From NCBI GenBank assembly GCA_951406725.2, contig OX597824.1, positions 97,526,001 through 97,590,000 on the forward strand: a stretch of 64,000 nucleotides of DNA. The letters run 5' to 3'. A program made the translations under genes and the position numbers. Within the stretch, counting starts at the first letter, position 1. Every line of letters begins with the position of its first letter. The DNA comes from Octopus vulgaris (lineage: Eukaryota). The notes beneath the pieces were generated by a model, which worked only from the letters and a program-made list of their open reading frames with translations, had not been told where the DNA came from and did not search any database. Positions 53,600 to 64,000 of this stretch are shown in pieces.

Positions 53600-53975
53600 T
53601 AGTATCACCTGGCAGTTGAACAGGTAACATGTGATTTCTTTTAAGATCTCGATCAGTGATTTAAAACATAAATCCCAAGGAATTCAATTATCCTGATACG
53701 ACTTTCCAGTATTAATGATAGACCAAGAAATACTACACGAGGTGTTATGACTATCGGGAGTTGCGGTGCAGTATGTGGTTAGCTAAGAACGTAGACTTAT
53801 GGCATTTAACTCAGGTAAACGAACTAAGGTGAGCGAAAAACCGACGTTTAGCGTTAAGTGAGGTTCATTATTTATTTTTGCAGAGTTCTGTGGTTTGTTA
53901 AGGAGCGTGTATTTATACACTATATTAATTCTATAGCAATGGCCATGCAAAGGACAATTATCAGATATCCTCCAG
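53600..53975 (-). mobile_element. Penelope-like GIY-YIG endonuclease relic
   Basis: With frameshifts, the minus strand reads NCPLHGHCYRINIVYK..AHLSSF..STFLANHI..SISWSIINTGKSYQDN*IPWDLCFKSLIEILK. This matches the PLE CPLxGxC..NIVYK..H..SF..ST.L..HI..ISW.I....Y......LC pattern. Confidence 0.78.
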
Positions 53976-54026
53976 TCGAATATTTCCGCATACACACACA
54001 CACATATGTACATATATGTATGTACA

Positions 54027-54335
54027 TATATTGCTGTATTTCGGGATGGTCATTTTTGGGGGGTTGCGGGACAAATAAACACACGCACTATATATTCTTT
54101 TCTTCACTCGTTTATGACTGTTCTTATTTTATTATTTTCACTCATGTCCATTGTCCGGAAATCATACGTCACACACCTGTAACCTCTTCAGCGACACTTC
54201 TCGGTTTCGTGTGTGTGTTCTTGCTCCACTTACTCCATTCAGGAAAAAATGAAATATGACAATCCCGAAACACAACAATATCTGTTTCAAGAAACGATTA
54301 TCACATCAGTAATTTTGCAAAACAAATTGAGAAAC
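54027..54335. mobile_element. Penelope-type terminal fragment with internal inverted repeat
   Basis: ATATTGCTGTATTTCGGGATGGTCATTTTT (~54028-57) is inverted at ~54252-81 (AAATATGACAATCCCGAAACACAACAATAT). Both parts match 24005-24150. Confidence 0.55.
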
Positions 54336-54403
<68 letters not shown>

Positions 54404-54635
54404 ACATATAGAGATATGCATAAATACACATATATACATACATAGATATGCATAAATACACATATATATACATACATAAATACATATATACATACATATA
54501 AATACATATACACATACATATAAATACATATACGCATACATATAAATACATATACGCATACATATATATACATACACACACACATATATATATACACACA
54601 CACATATATATATACACATATATATATATATACAC

Positions 54636-54666
<31 letters not shown>

Positions 54667-54669
54667 CAC

Positions 54670-54708
<39 letters not shown>

Positions 54709-54850
54709 CATATATATATACATATATATACATATACACATATATATACATACACTCACACATATAGTTGAAATTTGCAGAAAAAAAACGAAGACAGGTG
54801 TACAAATAACAAGCAGGTGTATTAGTTTGACACTCGGGAAGGTGATAAAG

Positions 54851-54889
54851 TCTTTTACGTTTCGAGCCTACGCTCTTCAACAGAAAAGA
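54851..54889 (-). ncRNA. Minimal hammerhead-like motif with non-canonical core (A6U) in a Penelope-type terminal fragment (~54770-54950)
   Basis: The minus strand reads CTTTT-CTGTTGA-A-GAGC-GTAG-GCTC-GAAA-CG-TA-AAAG. Confidence 0.5.
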
Positions 54890-54964
54890 ATTTGAGGAAA
54901 TAAACAAAGAGAGATTAAAGAAACTTGTGAATTTAGTGATCAATCATGGCGACTGGTCATATAT

Positions 54965-55240
54965 CATGGCCTCTCCCAACGTTTGATGGTTCAGCAATTT
55001 CTTACCGAACAACCGCACAGGTGGTTTGTTTATAGTGATCAAATGTTTGTGGAGACATAAACTCATTGCCTCCATCAAATTGTCATCACCTGTACAGGTT
55101 CCCCATGTGCCACATGTCAGATGATGGAATTATCGCAGAGCAAGGTGAAGTTCTTTGCTGAAGAACACAACGCAACGCCCAGGCTGGGAATTGAACCTGC
55201 GATCTCGCAATCGTGAATGCAACGCCCCAAGCACTAAGCA
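54965..55240 (-). mobile_element. SINE family B head with a third tail type
   Basis: Minus strand GCTTAGTGCTTGGGG..CACGATTG..GGTTCAATTCCCAG..GCGTTGTGTTCTTCAGCAAAG..CACCTTGCTC, followed by sequence unrelated to tails 1 and 2. Confidence 0.65.
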
Positions 55241-55254
55241 ATATATATATATAA

Positions 55255-55428
55255 GGCCGTGAGCTGGCAGAAACGTTAGCTCGTCGGGCGAATGCGTAGC
55301 CGTATTTCGTCTGCCGTTACGTTCTGAGTTCAAATTCCGCCGAGGTCGACTTTGCTTTTCATCCTTTCGGGGTCGATAAATTAAGTACCACTTAAATTTC
55401 GGGTATTGTACCTAGAGTAGAAAAGATT
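55255..55428 (+). mobile_element. SINE family C (internally shortened)
   Basis: GAGCTGGCAGAAACGTTAGC..GTTCAAATTCCGCCGAGGTCGACTTTGCTTTTCATCCTTTCGGGGTCGATAAATTAAGTACCA. Confidence 0.9.
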
Positions 55429-56336
55429 CTCGGTTACGTATTTTATTGTCAGTTAGTAACCCGTTAAAAACTAGTTCGTAAGAGAAACAGGTCAGTAGTG
55501 TTTAGGTTTCGATTTCTCCTAACACATACATACAAATGTGTGGGCATGCGAATGTGTTTGTTATTTGTGTGTGTAAGTGGGTGGGTGTGCATGCGCGTAG
55601 GTTCATGTGTATAGATAAAACGGAAATTATGAGGAGAATAAGAAACAAAGAGATAAACAAATAAAACGAGTAAAGCATTTGGTGGAAAAGCATAGAAAAC
55701 TGAAACGTTTCAATAGCAATCGGAGAATGTGTTCAATGAATATAATGCGCCGTTGATGGACACCCACTTGTACTTTTATAACGAATTGGCTGACACCTTT
55801 TATAAAGGTTGATAGGAAAAATAAGAGACATCAGATGAAAAGAAATGGATATGATATTGAATTTCTTACTTCTGTTTACATTGCAGGTTTAGAGCAAAAA
55901 GGGAATTGAAGAGTAGGATATTAGAACACGAAGTGGAGACACGGTAAATGTCATAAGAAGAGAGTGAAAGCGGAAGAGTGTGAAGAGATTAGGTGAACAA
56001 GAATTGGTGTGAGAGAAAGAAAGCGAGAAAGAGTGTGAAGGAGAGAATAGGAAAGGGGAAGAACGGGAAAGGAAAGATGATGGAAAGTGAGAGGGGAGGA
56101 GGGGAGCTTGAAATATTGGTTTCTATGTGAGCGTGAGAGTGTGTGCAAACAGAGCAAAGAGTAGTGAAATGTGCAATGTTCTTATTTATGCTGATGCAAC
56201 ATGGCGTCTGACTAATTTGTGTCATGGAAAGATGAAGTTTTTGGATCTGACTGCAACAGCCATTATTGCATTTATAATAAGCCAGCTAAGCATGTGTGTA
56301 TGTGTGTGTGTGTAGGTAGGTAGATAGATAGGTAAT

Positions 56337-56370
<34 letters not shown>

Positions 56371-56387
56371 GGCAGGCAGGCAGGCAG

Positions 56388-56418
<31 letters not shown>

Positions 56419-56848
56419 GACAGGTAGATAGATAGATAGGTAGGTAGGTAGCGAGCTAGATAGATAGATATATGATAGATAGGTATATAAATACATTCAA
56501 ACATTTATCTGTATCCATTTATGCATATATGTCTTCATAATTATGTAAATATGTGTGTATGTATGTATATATATATGTGTGTGTGTGTATATATGTATGT
56601 ATTTATTTATGTATGTATGTATGTATGTATATGCATAGTTGTGTGGTTCAGACACTCGCTTCGCAACTATATTGAAATTCGCTCGGTTCCACAGACTGAC
56701 ACCTTTGCCAACTATCATCTCGCATAGTCGCAAAATGAAAGAACCCTTCTACATAAAAATTCAAAATAATTATTGAAATTCAATAACAGAAGCTGTGCGA
56801 GAACAGTGTGTGTATGGGCGCGCGCACGTGTGTGTGTATGTATGCATT

Positions 56849-56888
<40 letters not shown>

Positions 56889-57553
56889 GCATATATAAAT
56901 CCGTGTGTGGATATATGCATATGTATGAGCATAAATATAAAGATATCAATTTAATAGACAACCGACAGAGCCACTAACAGTTTCATGCTTTTGTGATACT
57001 TGATCAGGAATATTAATGAAATGCGCCATACATCTACCAAACAATCTTCCAGGCTCTGTTTATGCGTTATATATATTTTAAAAGGCAAAAGACGATAGTC
57101 AGTGAGAAAATAAGAAACGTGGTTAAAACGTGAAGAAGGTTGATGCAAAAATATGGAACGAGAAGAAAGAAACGAAATCATGAAATCTAAGATCCTTGTC
57201 CTCCCTGATTGCAAAAAGCTCATTAAATACAACTCTTAGAACAAAATAACAGAATATATGTCAAATCCTGCGATACAGCTCAATCTGGAGTGAATGGTGT
57301 TGTCCAATTCAATAACAGAAACCTTTCCATGTATTTACACTTGCTAAACTATTCAGATCTCGAATTAAGCAGTGTGTTGGAATTGTTGGATCTAAGAAGA
57401 ATATGAGATTTTTCTGCTATGCATAAGCTGCCTTTCTTAGATCCTTTTACATATGGCTTGGATTTTTCTAATATTTTCCTCTTAACCGTATATGGTGTGG
57501 ATCTGCTCTTCAAATTACATACATCGCTAGCTAACTTAGTTGCATTACTTTTA

Positions 57554-58796
57554 TACGTGGAATCAAAAATAATTATACTCTCTCTTTATTCTGTGGTTTA
57601 TTACGAGAAAAGCAGGGATTAAACAATTACATCATTTCCCGACAGTCTTCTTGTTTTTCGATTAACTTCTTCCAGCGATTCCCAAGCTTGATTATCGAAG
57701 ACGTCTGCTGCTCGCGCCATTTATGCATCGCTTCCGGCGGTTTTTCGTCCGTAGCAAACCGACGACCTCGTAAAGGGTGTTTGAACAGTATAAAGAGGTG
57801 AAAGTGGGAAGGTATGAGATGCGAGCAACATACAAAGTATCAAAATGACTCAAAACTCAGTTTTTCAATGGTTTCAACGGTGGGGGCGGTGGTCGTATGT
57901 CAGCGTGAATTGTTTTACAACAATAGCGTTTGTTTTGACAACAGACCTCGACGTTCAGTGCAAATTGCTGGTTTCACTTTCTTGGCGAGTATTTCACTGT
58001 AGTCTGCACTGGTCACTGTGAAATACCCTGGTTCACGTATAGGTTCTCAAAACGTTGGTCAGCACTTCATTATCTACAAAAGGTGGAGTCTAGAATTATA
58101 ATTTTTTTTTTTTGTTAGTGATTCCGAGTGTTTCCACTCTATACCCTGCCTTTGGATTCTAGTTCAAAGTGACGGGTCCAGACCTCATCTCCTGCGACTA
58201 TTCTCTCCAGAAAACCTTCACCTACATTATCGTAGAGGTTGAGTAAGCGTTGACAGAGCTCCTCACGATTGCGCTTATATTCTTCGGTAAAGTCTCTTGG
58301 CATCCATCTCGGAAGCGAACTGCTTGTGAGTGATTTCGCACACAGAACCATCTCCAATTTGCCGAGAACATGTCAACGCATCGATGCTCGCTTATCGGTT
58401 CGTCTCGAATTTGTTGAATATTCGCGTCCATTATGGAAACTGACATACGTCTTCCTCCCTCTACCTGTTACGCGGTTGTTGGGCCATTTCAAAACTTTTC
58501 CATCCGCTCATATACACACTTCTACGCATCAGAGTATTTCCCCCCGTATTGAACTAAATGCCTGCTCTGAATTTCAGCCCTTGACTCATTTTCAAACCAC
58601 ATGCACACTGACAGCGGAGCTGTAAGGTAAGAAAGAAAACTGAAACGAGAAAAACCAAATCTTGGTTTCACATTGCTCACTCCAGTTTTCTCAAAGATAA
58701 CCACAAGAGCCGCACCTTCTAGTATGCAAGCGCTCAAGTCGGTGGCGGTCAGTCTAATATTTTGGCGAAAGTATGAATAAACTTTGATTTCCCGTA
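57554..58796 (-). mobile_element. Near full-length decayed mariner transposon (~1.24 kb)
   Basis: The minus strand gives RWMPRDFTEEYKRNREELCQRLLNLYDNVGEGFLERIVAGDEVW..ESKGRVEWKH and the C-terminal PSHFHLF..LRGRRFATDE..IKLGNRWKK. Degenerate TIRs are TACGTGGAATCAAA (57554) and TTTGATTTCCCGTA (58796). Confidence 0.85.
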
Positions 58797-58803
58797 GTAC
58801 ATA

Positions 58804-58835
<32 letters not shown>

Positions 58836-58849
58836 TGAGTGAAAGAACA

Positions 58850-60297
58850 GCCTTAGTACACTACAAGATAGGACCCCTCCTCCAAAAGGATGGCTTCCTC
58901 ACAGACAGTACAACTAATATCAGTGAGATACTGAATGACCAGTTCAAAAGTGTCTTTGCCACCCCGTTGGAACACAGACAAGTGAACGAACCAGTGGACT
59001 TCTTTGCCGCCTCACCTATAACCAGCGAGGCTGTTACAATGGAATTCATTGACATTAGCGAAAAAGATATATTTTAGCTATAGATGAAGTGGATACAAAC
59101 ACAACTGCTGGTCCTAATGGTTTCCCAGGTGGATCATGGTATGATATGCCACAAACTGCGTGACCTTGGCATAGCTGGAAAACTTGGAGAGTGGTTACAT
59201 GATTTCCTGAAAGATAGGAGTCAGGCAGTAGTGGCTAATGGAGCCACCTCTATGAACACTCAAATAGTGAGTGGTGTTCCACAGGGCACTGTCTTGGGAC
59301 CACTGCTTTTTATAGTGGCCCTCTCAGATATGCCCTCAAATGCCCGGATAGCCACCCTTGCAAGCTATGCAGATGATACGAAAGTCTCGCAGAAAATACA
59401 GAACCTCAGTGATGTTGCACACCTGCAGCAGGAGTTGGATTCAATTTACAGATGGGCTGAGATAATAATATGCAGTTTAATGCTGAAAAATTCCAAGCCC
59501 TGTACTGCCAGCATCCAAAACTGAATATGAAACTTACAGGGTACCCCGGTCCAAAGGAAATTTCAATCCCAGACCCTAATTCTGTGAGGGACCTGGGTAT
59601 CGACATGAGTGATGATACCTCTTTCCAAGTGCACATTACCAGGATGACGACAAAGTGCAGACGACTGGCTGGATGGATCCTAAGAACATTCAGAACTAGA
59701 GATAAGGAAACTATGACGGTCCTCTGGCGGACATTCGTCCTCAGCCGCCTGGATTACTGCTCACAGCTATGGTCACCCACCAGTGTAAAATTAACAGCAG
59801 ACCTTGAAGCAATCCAGAGAAGATTCACAAAGATCGTCTTTTTGCAACAGCTCAGCTACTGTGAAAGGTTGAAACTGCTAAGACTCTACTTCCTGGAGAG
59901 AAGACGGGAGAGGTATGCAGTAATATATATTTGGAAGATCCTGGAAGGAATTATGCCAAATTTTGGCATTGAAATCTACACCAATGCCAGAACGGGACAA
60001 CACTGCATAGTGTCAAAGGTCCCAGCAATGCCATCACGCTTCAGGACCAGTTACTTCAACAGCCTGGGTTTCAAGGGATCACAGCTTTTTAATATTCTCC
60101 CAAAGAGTCTGAGGAACTTGCACAAAGTAGATGTAGCGGTTTTTAAATCAAAGCTGGACATCTTCCTGTTGAGAGTCCCAGATGAACCTACCTCACGGCA
60201 AGTGCCACATATTAGAGGAGGCTCTTACTAATAACAGTGTAGCAAAACGGCAGTGCTTCAGCATGGCCGCAGCTCTGAGATGTAACTAGAGAGAAAA

Positions 60298-60300
<3 letters not shown>
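58850..60300 (+). mobile_element. 5'-truncated, internally deleted CR1-group LINE (RT pseudogene plus 3' UTR)
   Basis: IGPLL..SEILNDQFKSVF..AGPNGFP is joined directly to VDHG (~59128; early RT subdomains deleted). It continues SGVPQGTVLGPLLF, YADD (59366-77), RDLG, LDYCSQLWSP, LERRRERY and VPDEP, with frameshifts and a stop. Confidence 0.95.
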
Positions 60301-60353
<53 letters not shown>

Positions 60354-60578
60354 ATGTATATTATATATATCTATATATCCATATTTATATATTTTATATA
60401 TATATATATATATCTTAAATATATTTATATATATATATATTTATATCTTATATATCTACATGTATATATATATTTATATCTTATATATCTACATATATAT
60501 ATATTTATATCTTATATATCTACTTATATATATATTTATATCTTATATATATATATATATATTTATACCTTATATATC

Positions 60579-60626
<48 letters not shown>

Positions 60627-60700
60627 TATTTATTGCTTATATATCTACATATATATATATATCTTATATATACATATATATATATTATATATATATATAT

Positions 60701-61481
60701 CTTATTTTTAATTCTAGTTTCAGCTCAGAGTTGGCCATGCTAATGCACTGCCGTTTTGTGCTACACTGTTATTGCGAAGAACCTCGTCTAATATGTGGCA
60801 CTTGGTGAAGAATGGAGTTTGCCGTGAGGTAGGTTCATCTGGGACTCTCGACAGGAAGATGTCCAGCTTTGATTTAAAAACAGCTACATCTACTTTGTGC
60901 AAGTTCCTCAGACTCTTTGGGAGAATATTAAAAAGCTGTGGGCCCTTGAAACCCAGGCTGTTGCAGAAGCTGGTCCTGAAGTGTGATGGCATTGCTTGGA
61001 TCTTTAGCACTATGCAGTGTCGTCCCGTTCTAGCATTGGTGTAGCTTACAATGTCAAAATTAGGCACAATTCCTTCCAGGATCTTCCAGACAAATATTAC
61101 TGCATACCTCTCCCGTCTTCTCTCCAGGGAGTAGAGTTTTAGCTGTTTCAACATTTCCCAGTAGCTGAGCTGTTGCAAAGAGACGATCTTCTTTGTGAAT
61201 CTTCTCTGGATTGCTTCAAGGTCCGCTGTTAATTTTACACTGGTGGGCGACCATAGCTGTGAGCAGTAATCCAGGCGGCTGAGGACGAATGTCCGCCAGA
61301 GGACCATCATGGTTTCCTTACCTCTGGTTCTGAATGTTCTTAGGATCCACCCAGCCAGTTGTCTGCACTTTGTCGCCATCCTGGTAATGTGCACTTGGAA
61401 AGAGGTATCATCACTCATGTCGATACCCAGGTCCCTCACAGACTTAGACTCTGGGATTGAAATTCCCTGTGGACCGGTGTA
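60701..61481 (-). mobile_element. Second CR1-group LINE 3' fragment of the same family, in inverted orientation
   Basis: The ORF at 60720-61439 (RDLGIDMSDDTSFQVHITRM..LDYCSQLWSP..VPDEPTSRQ) is nearly identical to 59470-60231 and has the same 3' UTR. Confidence 0.95.
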
Positions 61482-61530
61482 TATATCTTATATCTTATAT
61501 ATATTATATATATATATATATATACCTTAT

Positions 61531-61575
<45 letters not shown>

Positions 61576-61579
61576 TTAT

Positions 61580-61621
<42 letters not shown>

Positions 61622-61631
61622 ATATACATCT

Positions 61632-61663
<32 letters not shown>

Positions 61664-61789
61664 TACATCTTATATATATATTATATATATATAACATATA
61701 AATATATATCATATATATATATACATCTTATGTAAATATACAACTGATATATATATATATATTATATATATATATATTATATGTCTAAC

Positions 61790-61990
61790 TTAATAGCACC
61801 ACCTGATAGGATTATCTGAATCCTGTTTAAGTCAAGTTTTGTTTATGGTCCATTCAAGTAGTGAGTTTTTGTTGGGTGGGTTCTATCCAATTATGGGTGG
61901 CTTATCTGGTATTCCTTAAAAGAATCTATCCAAACTCCGTTTAAAGTTGATGGAATCCTTTTCCTCTTTGATCTCTTTCAGTACAATGTA
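61790..61990 (-). mobile_element. 3' end of a different CR1-group LINE subfamily
   Basis: The minus strand reads LKEIKEEKDSINFKRSLDRFF*GIPDKPPIIG*NPPNKNSLLEW, matching the FKxxLDxFLxxIPDxP..NSL C-terminus. Confidence 0.7.
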
Positions 61991-62030
61991 TATATATATA
62001 TATATATATACATCCTATATATATATACAA

Positions 62031-62067
<37 letters not shown>

Positions 62068-62521
62068 TATATATATATACAACTGATATATATATATATA
62101 TTATATATATATATATACATCCTATATATATATACAACTGATATATATATATATATATATATCCTATATATATATACAACTGATATATATATTATATATA
62201 TATATATACATCCTATATATATCTTATCTATATATGTATATCTTATATATATATTTTTTTAATATATATATATGTTATATATGTATCTTATATATATATA
62301 CATATATCTTATATATACCTATCTTTTATATATATATTTATATATATATATATATCATTCATATATTTATATATATATATATGTTATATATATATATCTT
62401 TTATCCCTATATATATATATATATAGATAGATAGATAATAGATAGATAGATAGATAGATAGATATATATATAGATAGATAGATAGATATATATATAGATA
62501 GATAGATATATATATATATAT

Positions 62522-62572
<51 letters not shown>

Positions 62573-62590
62573 TATATATATATACCTTAT
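61990..62590. repeat. AT-rich minisatellite (ATCCTATATATATATACAACTGATATA.. units) grading into (TA)n and (TAGA)n
   Basis: TACAACTGATATA recurs at ~62026, 62077, 62132 and 62175 (also 61739). Confidence 0.85.
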
Positions 62591-62599
62591 ATATATATG

Positions 62600-62765
62600 A
62601 CTGACTCCCACTTGGTTTCCGTCTAGCAAATCCACTGACAATGCATTAACCGGCTCCTTGGAGCTCTAGTAGAAGTCATCTGCCGAACATAACGCCCAGT
62701 GGAACTGAATCCGGAACCACGTGATGGCAAAGCGTGTTTCTCAACCATACATCCATGCCTGCGTC
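62600..62765 (-). mobile_element. SINE family A, 5' half
   Basis: TTTCCGTCTAGCAAATCCACT..CTAGTAGAAG..CAGTGGAACTGAATCCGGAACCACGTG..CCATGCCTGCG. Confidence 0.75.
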
Positions 62766-62772
62766 TATATAT

Positions 62773-62812
<40 letters not shown>

Positions 62813-63057
62813 TCATATTCGCCAGAACCCACATATTTTTATGAGGACATTTTTTCTGCCTGTCGCAGCGCCTGAAGTGAACAATACTTTTCGCTTCACA
62901 GTTGTCTGGAGCTAAACAAAGAGACAAAAATATAATACAAGATCTTACGTAAGTGAAGAACCTTTCCTTGGAAAACTGTACTTCTGTGTGAAAGTAGATC
63001 TACTTTTGGGCGCGAATGGGAGGAAGCTCATATTTAATTTATAATATATCTTAGGGA

Positions 63058-63470
63058 AGGAGGCGAGGAACTGGCAGAAACGTTAGCAAGCCGTTACGTT
63101 CTGAGTTCAAATTCCACCGGGGTCGACTTTGCTTTTCATCCTTTCGGGATCGACTTTGCCTTTCATCCTTTCGGGGTCGACTTTGCCTTTCATCCTTTCG
63201 GGGTCGATTAAATAGGTATCAGTTACGCACTGGGGTCAATGTAATCGACTTAATCCGTTTGTCTGTCCTTGTTGTCCCCTCTGTGTTTAGCCCCTTCTTT
63301 GTAGAGAAAAGAAATAGCTATTTCCTCTGTCTTTACGTTCTGAGTTCAAATTCCGCCGAGGTCGACTTTGCCTTTCATCCTTTCGGAGTCGATTAATTAA
63401 GTACCAGTTGCGTACTGGGGTCGACCTGATCCCCAAAATTGCGGGCCTTGTGCCTAGATTCGAAAAGAAT
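63058..63470 (+). mobile_element. SINE family C dimer with a triplicated 27-bp core unit
   Basis: The first copy (63058-~63317) has 3 x RTCGACTTTGCYTTTCATCCTTTCGGG at 63122-63202. A second, headless copy (~63318-63470) has a different tail. Confidence 0.9.
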
Positions 63471-64000
63471 ACAATATCATCGTCTGAATGCCAAACAATA
63501 TATCGGCCCGCCTCAGACACTGGTCCGCGCACTCTTAGGGTGATCAGTCACATTTAAAGAAAGACCTCAACTTCTGATTTAATAGCAAAACCTCCTCAGA
63601 TAAAACTTTCTCCAGGAGAGTGCGTTCTCTCTGGTCTTGGCGAATCGAGATGGACATAACTCGTAGAAAAAAATAACAAAAATCATCAACGTCAGACCAA
63701 ACGAATTAAAGCGTATAATGAGAAAGGCTGAATCGCGGAAGAGGGCGACATCGGATGGTATGGCTATGAAGGCGCAGCTCAAGATGTATCTGGCTTTACG
63801 GCAGTTCCTTGCAATTTCAGTCATATTTCAGATGTGCTACAGAGGTTGTCTTCCAAACCACAATACGTGGATTACTTCCTCGCTTCTCGGGGTCCACCCT
63901 AGTCAAAACCACGCATTTCTCATCTATCTATCTACCTAGCTCTCTCCTACCTCTCTTTCTCTATTTATCTATCTATCTATCTCATGTATGTATATATATA

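Noticed and set aside
58850-60300. Active reverse transcriptase gene
   Set aside because: It is 5'-truncated, has an internal deletion at ~59128, an in-frame stop and frameshifts, so it is a pseudogenised LINE fragment.
63480-63900. Possible L1/Tx1 ORF2 C-terminal relic on the minus strand
   Set aside because: The similarity to the zf-RVT pattern is too weak to support without a profile search.

Overview
AT-rich, repeat-saturated eukaryotic DNA, intergenic or intronic. It is most likely a coleoid cephalopod (Octopus-like); this is an inference from the SINE types and the extreme density of (TA)n, (TG)n and (TAGA)n microsatellites. No intact protein-coding gene is supported, and almost every ORF in the supplied track is a microsatellite artefact. 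The recognisable content is: at least four tRNA-derived SINE families; CR1-group LINE fragments, including two copies arranged tail-to-tail as a ~760-bp inverted repeat at 59.5-61.5 kb; Penelope-like (GIY-YIG) relics; decayed Tc1 and mariner transposons; MITEs; and a decayed gag-like ORF1. The most interesting signal is a set of minimal type I hammerhead ribozyme (HHR) motifs in small non-coding elements. A consensus-perfect HHR (11608-11678) lies inside a 429-bp unit bounded by a perfect 41-bp direct repeat, which is a retrozyme or Penelope pseudo-LTR-like layout. A second HHR (39411-39446, minus strand) carries the compensatory U3-A8 core variant, and several decayed or truncated relatives occur elsewhere. 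Family names come from motif recall and need database confirmation.
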